Origin: Parcubacteria group bacterium ADurb.Bin247
GTDB lineage: Bacteria > Patescibacteriota > Minisyncoccia > Minisyncoccales > CSSED10-335
Assembly: GCA_002069755.1 (NCBI GenBank)
Contig: MWBX01000004.1
Location: 1-36,994 of the forward strand
Length of the DNA: 36,994 nucleotides
Reading direction: 5' to 3'
In this document: positions 23,751-34,710 of the stretch, in pieces
Position numbering within the stretch: the stretch's first letter is position 1
Layout of the letters: each line of letters opens with the position of its first letter
The notes under the pieces: model-generated
What the model saw: the letters and a program-made list of their open reading frames with translations, nothing else
Told to the model about the DNA's origin: nothing
Databases searched by the model: none
Made by a program: the position numbers and the translations under genes

Positions 23751-26700
23751 ATGACTAAATTCACTCACTTACATGTACACACTCACTACTCTTTATTAGA
23801 CGGCCTGTCTAAAATAGACGATTTACTAGAGCATATAAAAAGCATGGGTATGGATTCGGTAGCCATCACTGATCATGGTGTATTATACGGTGCAGTTGAA
23901 TTCGCTCAAAAAGCAAAAAAAGTTGGAGTAAAACCAATCATCGGTTGTGAGTTTTATGTCGCCCTCGATAGTCTCTACGACAAAAGACCTGGAATTGATG
24001 ATAAAAGATACCATTTAATACTTTTAGCTAAAAACGAAACTGGTTACAAAAATTTAGTTAAAATGGTGACTATTGCTCACCTGGATGGATTCTACTACAA
24101 ACCACGAATAGACGAAAAAACATTTGAAAAATATTCTGAAGGTCTTATTGGTTTGTCAGCCTGTGTCCAAGGGAAAATACCTCAACTTGTTATTAGCAAC
24201 AATATAGAAGAAGCAGAAAAAACAGCCCTAAAATATGAAAAAATACTAGGCAAAGGTAATTTTTATTTAGAACTTCAAGATCACGAAAAAATACCTGAAC
24301 AAAAAAAAGCTAACCAAGGTCTTATTCAAATATCTAAAAACACTGGTATTCCCTTAGTTGCAACTAATGATTGTCACTACTTAAACAAAGATGATGCTCA
24401 TGCTCAAAATGTGCTAGTTTTAATCAATACCGGAGCAAAGATTAACGACCCCGATAGACTAAATATGCAAAACTGCGATTTATCCGTCAGAAGCCCGAAA
24501 GAAATGGCTGAAAGTTTTAAAAAAATACCCGAAGCTATAGAAAATACTCAAAAAATAAAAGATGCATGTAATTTTGAATTTGAATTCGGAAAGATAAAAT
24601 TACCTGAGTTTGCCCTACCTCAAGGTAAAACTGCCGAAGGCTACCTGAAAGAATTAACACTAAAAGGTGCTAAAGAAAAATGTAAAAACTACGATTATCA
24701 AGAAAGAATCAATTATGAACTAAGTATAATTGAAAAAACTGGTTTTGCCTCATACTTTCTTATTGTCCAAGACCTTATTAATTGGGCTAAAGGAAATGGA
24801 ATCGTGGTTGGTCCTGGACGAGGATCGGCTGGAGGATCTTTGGTTTCTTATTGTCTAGGAATTACTGAAATCAATCCCCTGGATTACGACTTACTATTTG
24901 AAAGATTTCTAAACCCTGAAAGAATATCAATGCCTGATATTGATATTGACTTTGCTGACCGAAGAAGAGACGAAGTAATATATTATGTTTCGGAAAAATA
25001 TGGTAGTAATAAAGTGGCTCAAATTATTACATTTGGAACAATGGCCTCTCGTGCTGTAATTAGAGACACCGGAAGAGCCCTACAATATCCATATAATTAT
25101 TGCGACCAAATAGCTAAAATGATTCCAATGGGATTATCTCTAGAGGAGACTTTTGAGAAAATACCCGAGTTCAGACAACTCTACAACACCGATACCAAAG
25201 CAAAAGACTTAATTGATGTTGCTAAAAAACTAGAAGGTGTTGCCAGGCACGCATCAACTCACGCTTGTGGAGTTGTAATATCTAAAGACCCACTAGATGA
25301 AATAATTCCCCTACAACACGCAACTAATAATGAAGGAAGCACAATAACACAGTACGAAATGACATCTGTAGAAGCACTAGGGATGCTTAAAATGGATTTC
25401 TTAGGACTTAAAAACCTTACCACTATTGAAGATACTCTTTCTAAGATATATGCCATACACAAAAAGAATATAGATATTGGATCATTGCCCCTAAATGATA
25501 AAAAAACATACCAATTATTACAAAAAGGAGAAACAATTGGAGTCTTTCAATTAGAATCTGGTGGAATGCAAAGATATTTAAAACAATTAAAGCCAACCAA
25601 ATTTGAGGATATTATTGCTATGGTAGCACTTTATCGTCCAGGACCAATGGAGCTTATTCCAGATTATATCGCTAGAAAAAACAAACAAAAAGCTCTAGAA
25701 TATATTCATCCAAAATTAAAACCAATACTTGAAAGCACCTACTCTATTCCTCTTTACCAAGAACAAATTATGAAAATGGCTCAAGATATAGCTGGTTTTT
25801 CTTTATCAGAAGCTGATATTTTAAGAAAAGCCATGGGCAAAAAGATCAAAACCTTACTTGATGAACAAAAAGATAAGTTTATTAACGGATGTATTAAAAA
25901 TGGAGTTGAAGAAAGCATTGCCAAGAAAATATGGGATTGGATTACACCTTTTGCTAGTTACGGATTTAACAAAAGTCATTCGGCTGGATATGCTACAATA
26001 GCTTATCAAACTGCATGGCTTAAAACACACTACCCTTGCGAATTTATGGCTTCACTTTTAGCATCAGAAAGAAAAGATATCGAAAGAATCTCTTTTCTAA
26101 TTGAAGAATGTAAAAGAATGAAAATAGAAGTATTGCCACCTGATATTAACGAAAGTTTTGTTTTTTTTAGCGTAGTACCACAAAAAAATCAAATTAGGTT
26201 TGGACTATCAGCTATTAAAAATGTTGGCATCGGAATAACCGAAAATATCGTTGCTGAAAGAAAAACCAACGGTCCGTTTAAATCTCTTAACGATTTTATA
26301 TCTAGAATCCAAGAAGGAAGTATTAACAAAAAATCACTAGAAAGCATGACAAAAGCTGGAGTTTTTGATAGTATGATAGAGAGAAACAAGATACTTGAAA
26401 ATATAGATGACATTTTAAATCACATTAGAGAGAAAAACAAAAATAATTGTAATGGGCAAAAAAATCTTTTTGACAATACAACATTTAAACACGAAGAAAT
26501 ATATCTTAAAGATGCAACTCCGGCTAAGAAAAATGATTGTTTAAAATGGGAAAAAGAATTACTTGGACTTTTTGTAACCAGCCACCCACTAGATAGTATG
26601 CGAGAATTATTAAAGAAAAATACTACTTCTGTTGTTGTTGCGCAACAGGCCATATCAGGACAAAGAATAAAAATTGGTGGAATCATATCAGGAGTTAAGA

Positions 26701-26912
26701 AAATATTAACTAAATCAGGTAAGCCAATGATGTTTATCACCCTAGAAGATTTAACTGGAAAAATAGAAGTTGTAATATTTCCAACTATCCTTGAAAAATA
26801 TTACACCATCTTAGAAGAAAACAAAATAGTATTTATTGCTGGTAAAGTTGATCATAAAGATGGAGTTCCAAAAATAATATCTGACCAAATAGAAGAAATT
26901 TTAGAAATATAA
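23751..26912 (+). CDS. dnaE: DNA polymerase III alpha subunit
   Basis: PHP domain FTHLHVHTHYSLLDG, palm region GPGRGSAGGSLVSYCLGIT and PDIDIDF, HhH and OB regions. Confidence 0.95.
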   Translation: MTKFTHLHVHTHYSLLDGLSKIDDLLEHIKSMGMDSVAITDHGVLYGAVEFAQKAKKVGVKPIIGCEFYVALDSLYDKRPGIDDKRYHLILLAKNETGYKNLVKMVTIAHLDGFYYKPRIDEKTFEKYSEGLIGLSACVQGKIPQLVISNNIEEAEKTALKYEKILGKGNFYLELQDHEKIPEQKKANQGLIQISKNTGIPLVATNDCHYLNKDDAHAQNVLVLINTGAKINDPDRLNMQNCDLSVRSPKEMAESFKKIPEAIENTQKIKDACNFEFEFGKIKLPEFALPQGKTAEGYLKELTLKGAKEKCKNYDYQERINYELSIIEKTGFASYFLIVQDLINWAKGNGIVVGPGRGSAGGSLVSYCLGITEINPLDYDLLFERFLNPERISMPDIDIDFADRRRDEVIYYVSEKYGSNKVAQIITFGTMASRAVIRDTGRALQYPYNYCDQIAKMIPMGLSLEETFEKIPEFRQLYNTDTKAKDLIDVAKKLEGVARHASTHACGVVISKDPLDEIIPLQHATNNEGSTITQYEMTSVEALGMLKMDFLGLKNLTTIEDTLSKIYAIHKKNIDIGSLPLNDKKTYQLLQKGETIGVFQLESGGMQRYLKQLKPTKFEDIIAMVALYRPGPMELIPDYIARKNKQKALEYIHPKLKPILESTYSIPLYQEQIMKMAQDIAGFSLSEADILRKAMGKKIKTLLDEQKDKFINGCIKNGVEESIAKKIWDWITPFASYGFNKSHSAGYATIAYQTAWLKTHYPCEFMASLLASERKDIERISFLIEECKRMKIEVLPPDINESFVFFSVVPQKNQIRFGLSAIKNVGIGITENIVAERKTNGPFKSLNDFISRIQEGSINKKSLESMTKAGVFDSMIERNKILENIDDILNHIREKNKNNCNGQKNLFDNTTFKHEEIYLKDATPAKKNDCLKWEKELLGLFVTSHPLDSMRELLKKNTTSVVVAQQAISGQRIKIGGIISGVKKILTKSGKPMMFITLEDLTGKIEVVIFPTILEKYYTILEENKIVFIAGKVDHKDGVPKIISDQIEEILEI

Positions 26913-26915
26913 AAA

Positions 26916-28496
26916 ATGACGCAAATATCAAAAGAAACAAAAAACCTAATTTTGAGCTATCAAAAATGGCAAGAATCACTTCAAAAAAAAGAAGGTGTTT
27001 CTACAATCCATGTTGATGAAGTAGCTTCGAAAGTTGCTGCTTTTTACGAGAAAATAAGAGGAATTATTGACTGGAAAGAAGAACACCTAATGAAATTAAG
27101 TGTAATTGAACGGTCAGTGAGAAAAAGAATTATCCCTAAATTAGGATCTAAGATTAAGGTTGATGCTGAATCTTTAGTACTAGAATTAATTAGATCGGGA
27201 CACTTCCCTAATGATAAAATAGAGGAATCAAAAATAGAAGAGGTTCAAAAAATAATCAATAAATACATCTATATCATTGGAAGTAAATCAGAAAATATTC
27301 AACTAATTCAATGGTTATCTTCAATACTGTCTTGCGAAATAGAAGAAGCCCTTATGTCATCAATTAAAGAAAATGCTTTGATTGATTTTATGTATAATAA
27401 AATAAAGTCAACAACTTTTTTAAGTAAAGACTTAATAGAGAAAGAAAAAATAACTGAAAAAGAAAAAGATATACAAATATTTGTTAATGTTCAACGAGCT
27501 CTCTTTGATTTAGACGATTCATTAATTGGATATCATTTAATTAAATATAAATACCCCAATTGGTCAAAAATATCAGAAGAAGAATTAAAAAAAATAAATA
27601 TTGAACAAATTAAAAAAGAGATTGATTATGAGCTAGATCATCCACTAAAAGGTAAAATTAGCCAAATTTGCTACAAATACAACACCCCTTATTTAATATT
27701 AAACGACATTATACTAGAAAATCCATTTGAAGCTGAAAATAAAATATCTAACCCAGCTTTAATGGAATCTCTTATTAAAAAACACTACAATAAAAGACTA
27801 AATAATATGCAATCCCGAATGACGAGAGCAGGCTTTTATTCCACCCTCTCAATATTTATTACCAATATAGCATCTCTTTTATTTATAGAAATACCAGTGG
27901 CCAAATACTTTGGTCAATTCTCTAATGTTTCCTACATTGTTGACATACTTGTTCCAACCGCTCTAATGGCAATACTAGTTTTATCAATAGACAAACCGCC
28001 CAAAGGAAACCTAGAAAAAGTTATTATGGAGACAATTAAAATAGTTTATAATGACGAAAAGAAAGAGCTTTACGAAATCAAAAAATTTAAAAAGCGAGGA
28101 CCAATATTTAATTTTTTCATATCTTTAATGTATGCTATAAGCTTTGTTTTAAGTATGAGTGTAATATATTGGTTATTAAGCCTAATTAACTTTCCCCCAT
28201 TCTCATATATTGTATTTGTAATTTTTTTATCCCTTATTGCTTTTGCTGGAGTTAAAATAAGAGAAAGAGCAAAAGAGCTACATATGATGGATCAAAAAGA
28301 TGGATTTATAGCTACAATTACAGATCTTCTAGCTCTTCCAATAATACTCTTGGGTAAATGGTTCACTCTTAGATGGAAAAGATATAATATTATATCAGCC
28401 GTGTTTAACGCACTGATAGATATGCCCTTGTCTATATTTGTAGAATTTATTGAACAGTGGAGATACTTTCTACAAGAGAAAAAAGAACGACTCTAA
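26916..28496 (+). CDS. Hypothetical membrane protein (soluble N-terminal half, about 4 C-terminal TM helices)
   Basis: Clean 526-aa ORF starting 3 nt after dnaE and overlapping the miaB start (TAATG). No family recognised. Confidence 0.6.
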   Translation: MTQISKETKNLILSYQKWQESLQKKEGVSTIHVDEVASKVAAFYEKIRGIIDWKEEHLMKLSVIERSVRKRIIPKLGSKIKVDAESLVLELIRSGHFPNDKIEESKIEEVQKIINKYIYIIGSKSENIQLIQWLSSILSCEIEEALMSSIKENALIDFMYNKIKSTTFLSKDLIEKEKITEKEKDIQIFVNVQRALFDLDDSLIGYHLIKYKYPNWSKISEEELKKINIEQIKKEIDYELDHPLKGKISQICYKYNTPYLILNDIILENPFEAENKISNPALMESLIKKHYNKRLNNMQSRMTRAGFYSTLSIFITNIASLLFIEIPVAKYFGQFSNVSYIVDILVPTALMAILVLSIDKPPKGNLEKVIMETIKIVYNDEKKELYEIKKFKKRGPIFNFFISLMYAISFVLSMSVIYWLLSLINFPPFSYIVFVIFLSLIAFAGVKIRERAKELHMMDQKDGFIATITDLLALPIILLGKWFTLRWKRYNIISAVFNALIDMPLSIFVEFIEQWRYFLQEKKERL

Positions 28497-29617
28497 TGAA
28501 AAAATACAAAATTATAACCTATGGCTGTTTGGCTAACCACTCAGACAGCGAAAGAATTGCAAAAAAACTAGAAGATCAAGGATATTTAAAAAGCGAAAAC
28601 CCCGATCTAGTAATAATTAATATCTGTTCTATAAGACAAGCAGCTGTAGATCGAGCCTTTGCTCAAGCAAAAAAATATAAAAATGTAATAGTAACTGGAT
28701 GTTTACTAAAATCTGACTACGATAAATTTACTAAATACGCTAAAATAGTTAAAAAAGAAAACCTCTTTAGTGTAAAACCAAAAAACTCTTGCCTTATTCC
28801 AATAATGACTGGGTGTAACAACTTCTGTAGTTATTGTGTTGTCCCCTATACTAGAGGACGAGAATATTCTAGACCACCAAAAGAAATAATAGACGAAGCA
28901 AAATTATTTATCAATAATGGCGCTAAAGAAATTTGGCTTTTAGGCCAAAACGTAAATTCATATAAATATGATTTTCCAAAATTGCTCTATAAAATAAACT
29001 CTATTCCTGGCGATTTTTGGATAAGATTTTTAAGTTCTCACCCTAAAGATATGGGCAATGATTTAATTAAAAGTATACGAGATTTACCAAAAGTTACCGA
29101 ATATATAAATTTAGCTGTTCAATCGGGAGACAACGAAATACTTAAAAAAATGAACCGCAATTATAGTATTGAAGAATACAAAAAACTAGCTCTAAAAATA
29201 AAAAGAGAGATTCCGAATGTTTGTCTTTCAACTGACATAATTGTTGGTTTTCCCGGAGAAACAAAGAAAGCCTTTCAAAATACAGTAAAACTATTTAAAG
29301 AAATTGAATTTGATATGGCATATATTTCAAAATACTCTCCACGACCAGGAACTCTGGCTTCAAAAATGAAAAATCAAATTACTTTTGAAGAAAAGAGTAG
29401 AAGGTATAGTGAATTAAATAATTTATTAAAGAAAATATCTTTAAAAAGAAACAAACAGTTAATTGGCCAAGAAACAAGAGCGTTGATAAACAATAATTTT
29501 ATCGGAAAAACAAAAAACTTTAAAACAATAAAAGTTAACGGATCAAGCAATAATTCTTTCGTAGATGTTAAAATAACAAAAGCTTTAATATGGGGATTAT
29601 CAGGAAAGATAAAATAA
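28496..29617 (+). CDS. miaB: Radical-SAM tRNA methylthiotransferase (MiaB-like)
   Basis: N-terminal TYGCLANHSDSE, INICSIRQ, VTGCL. Radical-SAM CNNFCSYCVVPYTRGRE. TRAM-like C-terminus. The start is at MKKYKIITYGC (TAATG overlap). It is adjacent to miaA. Confidence 0.75.
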   Translation: MKKYKIITYGCLANHSDSERIAKKLEDQGYLKSENPDLVIINICSIRQAAVDRAFAQAKKYKNVIVTGCLLKSDYDKFTKYAKIVKKENLFSVKPKNSCLIPIMTGCNNFCSYCVVPYTRGREYSRPPKEIIDEAKLFINNGAKEIWLLGQNVNSYKYDFPKLLYKINSIPGDFWIRFLSSHPKDMGNDLIKSIRDLPKVTEYINLAVQSGDNEILKKMNRNYSIEEYKKLALKIKREIPNVCLSTDIIVGFPGETKKAFQNTVKLFKEIEFDMAYISKYSPRPGTLASKMKNQITFEEKSRRYSELNNLLKKISLKRNKQLIGQETRALINNNFIGKTKNFKTIKVNGSSNNSFVDVKITKALIWGLSGKIK

Positions 29618-30465
29618 TAGTAGTCTTGGGGCCAACTGCATCTGGTAAAAGCGAATTGGCAGTTGAACTAGCTAAAGAATTTAACGGTGAAGTTGTTTCA
29701 GCCGATTCTAGGCAAGTATATATTGGAATGGATATCGGCAGTGGCAAGATTACTAAGAAAGAAATGTCTTGTATCCCCCACCATATGCTTAGTATTGCTA
29801 GTCCAAAAAGAAATTTCAGTGCTGGCCAATATCAGAAAAAAGCAGAAAAAACAATTAATAAGATTATAAAAAATAACAAGCTTCCAATTATTTGTGGTGG
29901 AAGTAATTTCTATGTTAATACTATTACTAAAGGCCTCGTAATACCTGACACAAAACCAAACTATAAGCTAAGAAATGAATTGAATAAATTAGATGTTAAA
30001 AAACTATATCAAATACTTAAAAAAATAGATCCGCCAAGAGCAAAAAACATTGATCAAAATAATCCCCGTAGATTGATAAGAGCTATTGAGGTTGCACCAT
30101 CAGCTCCACTTAAAGAAAATCCTAAATATGATTGCCTAAAATTAGCAATTAAAAAAGACAATCTAGATATTTTAATTAAAAAAAGACTTGATAAAAGAAT
30201 AAAACTAGGAATGATTAAAGAAGTTAAACGCCTTAAAAATAGTGGTCTTTCATGGTCAAGAATAGAAAGTTTTGGATTGGAATACAAATGGATTGCGATT
30301 TACTTACAGAACAAAATATCAAAAGAAGAAATGCTTAACAATATTTTTAAAAGCTCAATAAAATTAGCCAAGAATCAAAATTCTTGGCTAAACAAAGAAA
30401 AAGATATTTATTGGATTAGAAATAAAAAAGAAGCAAAAAAGCTAATAAAAGAATTTTTAAATTAA
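29590..30465 (+). CDS. miaA: tRNA dimethylallyltransferase
   Basis: GPTASGKSELAVELAKEFNGEVVSADSRQVYIGMDIGSGK, and RRLIRAIEV. Confidence 0.9.
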   Translation: MGIIRKDKIIVVLGPTASGKSELAVELAKEFNGEVVSADSRQVYIGMDIGSGKITKKEMSCIPHHMLSIASPKRNFSAGQYQKKAEKTINKIIKNNKLPIICGGSNFYVNTITKGLVIPDTKPNYKLRNELNKLDVKKLYQILKKIDPPRAKNIDQNNPRRLIRAIEVAPSAPLKENPKYDCLKLAIKKDNLDILIKKRLDKRIKLGMIKEVKRLKNSGLSWSRIESFGLEYKWIAIYLQNKISKEEMLNNIFKSSIKLAKNQNSWLNKEKDIYWIRNKKEAKKLIKEFLN

Positions 30466-31923
30466 TTTTTCTTTGAGTATTTTCTCTATTACTTTTGGAT
30501 TAGCTCTACCTTTAGTCTTAGCCATTATTCCGCCAACTAAAAACTTAAATGAAGCTTCTTTGCCATTTTTGTAATCTTTTACAGCCTTATCGTTCTCTTT
30601 AATCACATTCTCTATTATCAACTCTATTTCAGACTCATCATCAATTTCGGTGAGTCCTTTTTCTTTAATAATTTGAGTTGGATCTCCACCAGTATTAAAC
30701 ATTTCTTTTAAAACTTCTTTAGCAACCTTACTAGATATTTTATCTTTGTAAAGCAAACAAATAAATTCGGCAAAGTTCTCTGGGTCAATTGGAAATTCGT
30801 TTAGATTGCGTAGTGCCTGAAAATCGGTCAAAAGATAATTAGCAGATAATCTCGATAATTTAAGCATAGCATCATCAACACTAAGAGTTAACTCGGTCTC
30901 TTTTATCCAATTTCTAAGCTCGCTCACTACTTTTTCGTAATAATCACCTAATTCTTTGTCATTAACCAAAAACTCTATTTCTTTTTCAAAAAGATTGTAT
31001 TCTTCTTTAAAACGATCTCTTCTTTGTTGAGGCAACTCAACAATTGATGATTTTATTTTCAACAAATCAATTCCGCTATCTTTAATATATATTGGAGGCA
31101 AATCTGGATCGGGGAAATATCGGTAGTCATGAGATTGCTCTTTGCTTCTCTGACCAACGGTAATTTGTTTGTTATCATCCCAACCCCGTGTTTCTTGAAC
31201 AACCACCCCACCACTATCTAGCAACTCTTGCTGCCTTTTAACTTCGTATTCTAGGGCTTTCTCTATAGACTTAAAAGAGTTTAAGTTTTTAATTTCTACT
31301 CTTGTGCCATCTAGTTTTTCTGGAGCAGAAGAAAGTGAGATATTAGCATCAACCCTCATTTCACCTTTTTCCAAATCAACGTTAGAAACATTTAAATATT
31401 TTAAAATAAGACGTAATTCTTGAGCAAAACGAGCTGCTTCTTTTGGCGATTTAATATCTGGCTCAGTTACAAGTTCCATTAAAGGAACGCCTGATCTATT
31501 AAAATCAACTAAAGAATGGTCCGCATCAATTGAGTGTAGTAACTTACCAGCGTCTTCTTCAAGATGAATTCTAGTTATTTTAATGTCCCGACCATCAACA
31601 TTTAGAGAACCACCAAGACAAAAAGGGTTTTCTTGTTGGCTAATCTGATAGGCTTTGGGCAAATCGGGGTAAAAATAGTTTTTTCTATCAAATTTAGAAT
31701 AATCAGGTATCTGACAACCAAGAGCGAGACCAACCTTAATCGTCTTTTCTATTGCCTCTTTATTAGCTACTGGCAATGTTCCTGGATGACCAGAACATAT
31801 TGGACAAATATTAATATTAGGTATTTTGTTATCAGATTCGTTTTTACAAGAACAAAACATCTTAGACTTTGTATTGAGTTCTGCATGAACCTCTAAACCA
31901 ATTACAATTTCATATTTCATCAT
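30457..31923 (-). CDS. gatB: Asp/Glu-tRNA amidotransferase subunit B
   Basis: YEIVIGLEVHAELNT, CPICSGHPGTLP, NYFYPDLPKAYQISQ, and the C-terminal GatB/YqeY domain. Confidence 0.95.
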   Translation of the reverse strand: MMKYEIVIGLEVHAELNTKSKMFCSCKNESDNKIPNINICPICSGHPGTLPVANKEAIEKTIKVGLALGCQIPDYSKFDRKNYFYPDLPKAYQISQQENPFCLGGSLNVDGRDIKITRIHLEEDAGKLLHSIDADHSLVDFNRSGVPLMELVTEPDIKSPKEAARFAQELRLILKYLNVSNVDLEKGEMRVDANISLSSAPEKLDGTRVEIKNLNSFKSIEKALEYEVKRQQELLDSGGVVVQETRGWDDNKQITVGQRSKEQSHDYRYFPDPDLPPIYIKDSGIDLLKIKSSIVELPQQRRDRFKEEYNLFEKEIEFLVNDKELGDYYEKVVSELRNWIKETELTLSVDDAMLKLSRLSANYLLTDFQALRNLNEFPIDPENFAEFICLLYKDKISSKVAKEVLKEMFNTGGDPTQIIKEKGLTEIDDESEIELIIENVIKENDKAVKDYKNGKEASFKFLVGGIMAKTKGRANPKVIEKILKEKLI

Positions 31924-32576
31924 TTTAAACTTTTCATTATTTTAACACCAGAGCTAGTTCCGACAATACTAGCCCCCGCCCTAAGAACTTTTTTAATATC
32001 GTCTAGCGTTTTAATATTACCTGATGCTTTAACAACTAATCCAGAATACTTCTTCATTAGTTTTAAATGAATCACCTTCTCATCCATTTCTCTATTTTCT
32101 AAAGGATCTTTAGATGTTGCAGTTTTAATACAAAAAGCTCCTGCTTTTTTAACAATTGCCGACACCTTAATAATTTCTTCATCGGTTAAAAAACCAGAAC
32201 CAATTATTACTTTAGTTGGTAATATTTTACAAAGAGGTGTTAAATCTTTTAAAACCTTATCATATCTGTCATACTTAACATCAACAATATTCAAAACAAT
32301 ATCTAGCTCATCAGCTCCATCATTTTTAGCTTTTTTGCACATTGATAATCTTTTACTATGAGGTGATAGTCCCATATATGGATCAATCAAAACAACTGTC
32401 TTAATTGGGGTTCCTTTTAATTCTTTGGCAACCAAAGAAACGAACTTAGGATTAACACAAACTCCATGAAAGCCATAAAACTTGGCTTCTAGACACCTAT
32501 TTTTAATATCTTTAGCCGTTGCTTCAGGTCTAATGTCGGTATGATCTATTGCGCTAGCAATTTTTTTTATTGTCAT
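31920..32576 (-). CDS. deoC: Deoxyribose-phosphate aldolase
   Basis: IDHTDIRPEAT, GVCVNP, and Schiff-base Lys context FCIKTATS. Typical length. Confidence 0.8.
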   Translation of the reverse strand: MTIKKIASAIDHTDIRPEATAKDIKNRCLEAKFYGFHGVCVNPKFVSLVAKELKGTPIKTVVLIDPYMGLSPHSKRLSMCKKAKNDGADELDIVLNIVDVKYDRYDKVLKDLTPLCKILPTKVIIGSGFLTDEEIIKVSAIVKKAGAFCIKTATSKDPLENREMDEKVIHLKLMKKYSGLVVKASGNIKTLDDIKKVLRAGASIVGTSSGVKIMKSLK

Positions 32577-33256
32577 ATTTTTAATATTTTTAATATTTTT
32601 AAATTAACTTCCTCTGGACTTAAAATATTATCCTCATTCATACAATTTATCAATTTAAAATCTTTAGGATATGCTTCGGTTAACTCGATATAAGCATTGA
32701 GACTGTTTTTTAAATGCTCTTTATCATTTTCGTGAATATCTTTCTTCTTTCCTAAAAAATCTACTGCTTTCTTTTTCTGACTTTTATTCTTAGAAAGCTT
32801 GTAGGAAAAATCTACCGAAACTTTTAAAATGATAGTTAAATCTGGTTTTGGTATTTTAAATATTCCGTATTCTAAATCGTATAACCATTTTAAATACTCT
32901 TTTCTCTTAGCCTTGCTTTTAATTTTACCGCCCTGATGACCGATATTAGAAGCAATGTAACGATCAGCAATAACAACATTGCCCTCGCTTAACCATTTTC
33001 TAATTTGAAAAGACAATGCATAACGATCAATAGCATAAAAAACAGATGCTCTGTAAGGACCAACATCATTAGCGCTTCCATAATTACCACTTAAATATTC
33101 TTCTATTGGACCAGCTGATTTTTCTCCATATCTGGGAAAATCTATTTTCTTAACTTTTAATCCCTTAGCGATTAATGCTTCAGTCAATAATCTAACCTGA
33201 GTAGCTTTTCCAGAGCCATCAACTCCTTCTATGACTATAAATTTACCTAATTTCAT
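32573..33256 (-). CDS. tmk: Thymidylate kinase
   Basis: P-loop FIVIEGVDGSGKATQ and DRY motif VIADRYIASN. Confidence 0.9.
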   Translation of the reverse strand: MKLGKFIVIEGVDGSGKATQVRLLTEALIAKGLKVKKIDFPRYGEKSAGPIEEYLSGNYGSANDVGPYRASVFYAIDRYALSFQIRKWLSEGNVVIADRYIASNIGHQGGKIKSKAKRKEYLKWLYDLEYGIFKIPKPDLTIILKVSVDFSYKLSKNKSQKKKAVDFLGKKKDIHENDKEHLKNSLNAYIELTEAYPKDFKLINCMNEDNILSPEEVNLKILKILKI

Positions 33257-33729
33257 TAACTTAAAAATGTTATACTGTCCGATGGTTTGTCTAAAATATC
33301 AACTTCAATCCCCGCTTCTTTAAATAATTCTACAAAAGAATCTTCTGAATAATGGCTAAAACTCACAAATCTTTTAATTTTTGAATTAACTAACATTTTG
33401 GCGCAAATAATACAAGGAGTGTGAGTACAATAAACAGTTGCTCCAGATAAAGAAACTCCATGAAGAGAACTTTGAATAATTACATTTTGCTCGGCATGAA
33501 TAGCACGACATATTTCATGATGAGTTCCCGAAGCTATTCCATTTTGATCTCTTAGACACCCGAGCTCAAGACAATCTTTAAGTCCCGAAGCTGCTCCATT
33601 ATACCCGGTTGCTAAAATATGTTTATCTCTTACAGCAACTGCGCCAACATGATGTCTGACGCAGGTAGATCTTTCGGCAACAACTAAGGCAATCTTCAAA
33701 AAATACTCATCTATTGAGATTCTTTTCAT
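33256..33729 (-). CDS. comEB: dCMP deaminase (ComEB family)
   Basis: Zinc motifs HAEQNVI and PCIICAKML. Confidence 0.85.
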   Translation of the reverse strand: MKRISIDEYFLKIALVVAERSTCVRHHVGAVAVRDKHILATGYNGAASGLKDCLELGCLRDQNGIASGTHHEICRAIHAEQNVIIQSSLHGVSLSGATVYCTHTPCIICAKMLVNSKIKRFVSFSHYSEDSFVELFKEAGIEVDILDKPSDSITFLS

Positions 33730-33733
33730 TGAA

Positions 33734-34159
33734 TTATTTTTTTATTTCTATTCCCATGTTTTTTGCAGTTCCCTCTATTATTTTCATAGCTGCATCAATA
33801 TCGTTAGCATTAAGATCATTCATTTTCTTCTCAGCCACATCTTTCAACTGATCTTTAGTAATTGTTGCAACTTTATTTTTATTGGGTGTTGGAGACCCTT
33901 TTTCTATTCCAGCAACCTTCTTCAAAAGTTCCGATGCTGGAGGTTGCTTCATTTGAAAAGTATAAGTTCTATCTTCAAATATAGTAACCTCTACTGGTAT
34001 TGTAAAACCCGCCTTATCTTTGCTTTGGTCATTAAACTTTTGACAAAATTCTGCAATGTTTAATCCATGTTGAGCTAAAGATGGACCAACTGGAGGAGCT
34101 GGAGTTGCTTTACCTGCTTCTATTTGTAATTTAACAATCGCTTTAATTTTTTTAGTCAT
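33734..34159 (-). CDS. rplK: 50S ribosomal protein L11
   Basis: [34 protein letters not shown]. Confidence 0.95.
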   Translation of the reverse strand: MTKKIKAIVKLQIEAGKATPAPPVGPSLAQHGLNIAEFCQKFNDQSKDKAGFTIPVEVTIFEDRTYTFQMKQPPASELLKKVAGIEKGSPTPNKNKVATITKDQLKDVAEKKMNDLNANDIDAAMKIIEGTAKNMGIEIKK

Positions 34160-34163
34160 AATA

Positions 34164-34709
34164 TTATATTTTCTTAATTTGAAGAGAATCTAATTCTATT
34201 GGAGTGTCTCTACCAAACATATTTACTAAAACTTTTATCTTACCTTTTTCAAGATCAATTTCCGAAACTCTTCCATCAAAATCCTTAAAAGGTCCATCTA
34301 TTATTTTAACCGCATCCCCTATCACAACATCAACTTTAAACTTAGGAACTTCAGCACCCATTCTTTTCTTTAACAAATCAATTTCTTGAAAAGACAATGG
34401 GAGTGGTGTTGTTCCTGCACCAACAAAGCCAGTAACATTTGGAGTATTTCGAACAACATACCAAGAATCATCAGTAACTATCATCTCAACTAAAACATAC
34501 CCTGGATATATCTTCTCTTCTACAGATTTTCTCTTACCATTTTTAATCTTTACTTTTTTTTCTTTTGGAACAATTACACTAAAAATCTTATCCTCCATAC
34601 TCAACGATTCAACTCTTTGACGCAAGTTCTTTGCTACCGCTTCTTCATAACCAGAATAAGTATGAATCACATACCATCTTTTTTCTTGTGAAAATTGCTG
34701 TTTAGACAT
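34164..34709 (-). CDS. nusG: Transcription termination/antitermination factor NusG
   Basis: NGN domain [23 protein letters not shown], and KOW motif [18 protein letters not shown]. Confidence 0.95.
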   Translation of the reverse strand: MSKQQFSQEKRWYVIHTYSGYEEAVAKNLRQRVESLSMEDKIFSVIVPKEKKVKIKNGKRKSVEEKIYPGYVLVEMIVTDDSWYVVRNTPNVTGFVGAGTTPLPLSFQEIDLLKKRMGAEVPKFKVDVVIGDAVKIIDGPFKDFDGRVSEIDLEKGKIKVLVNMFGRDTPIELDSLQIKKI

Positions 34710-34710
34710 A

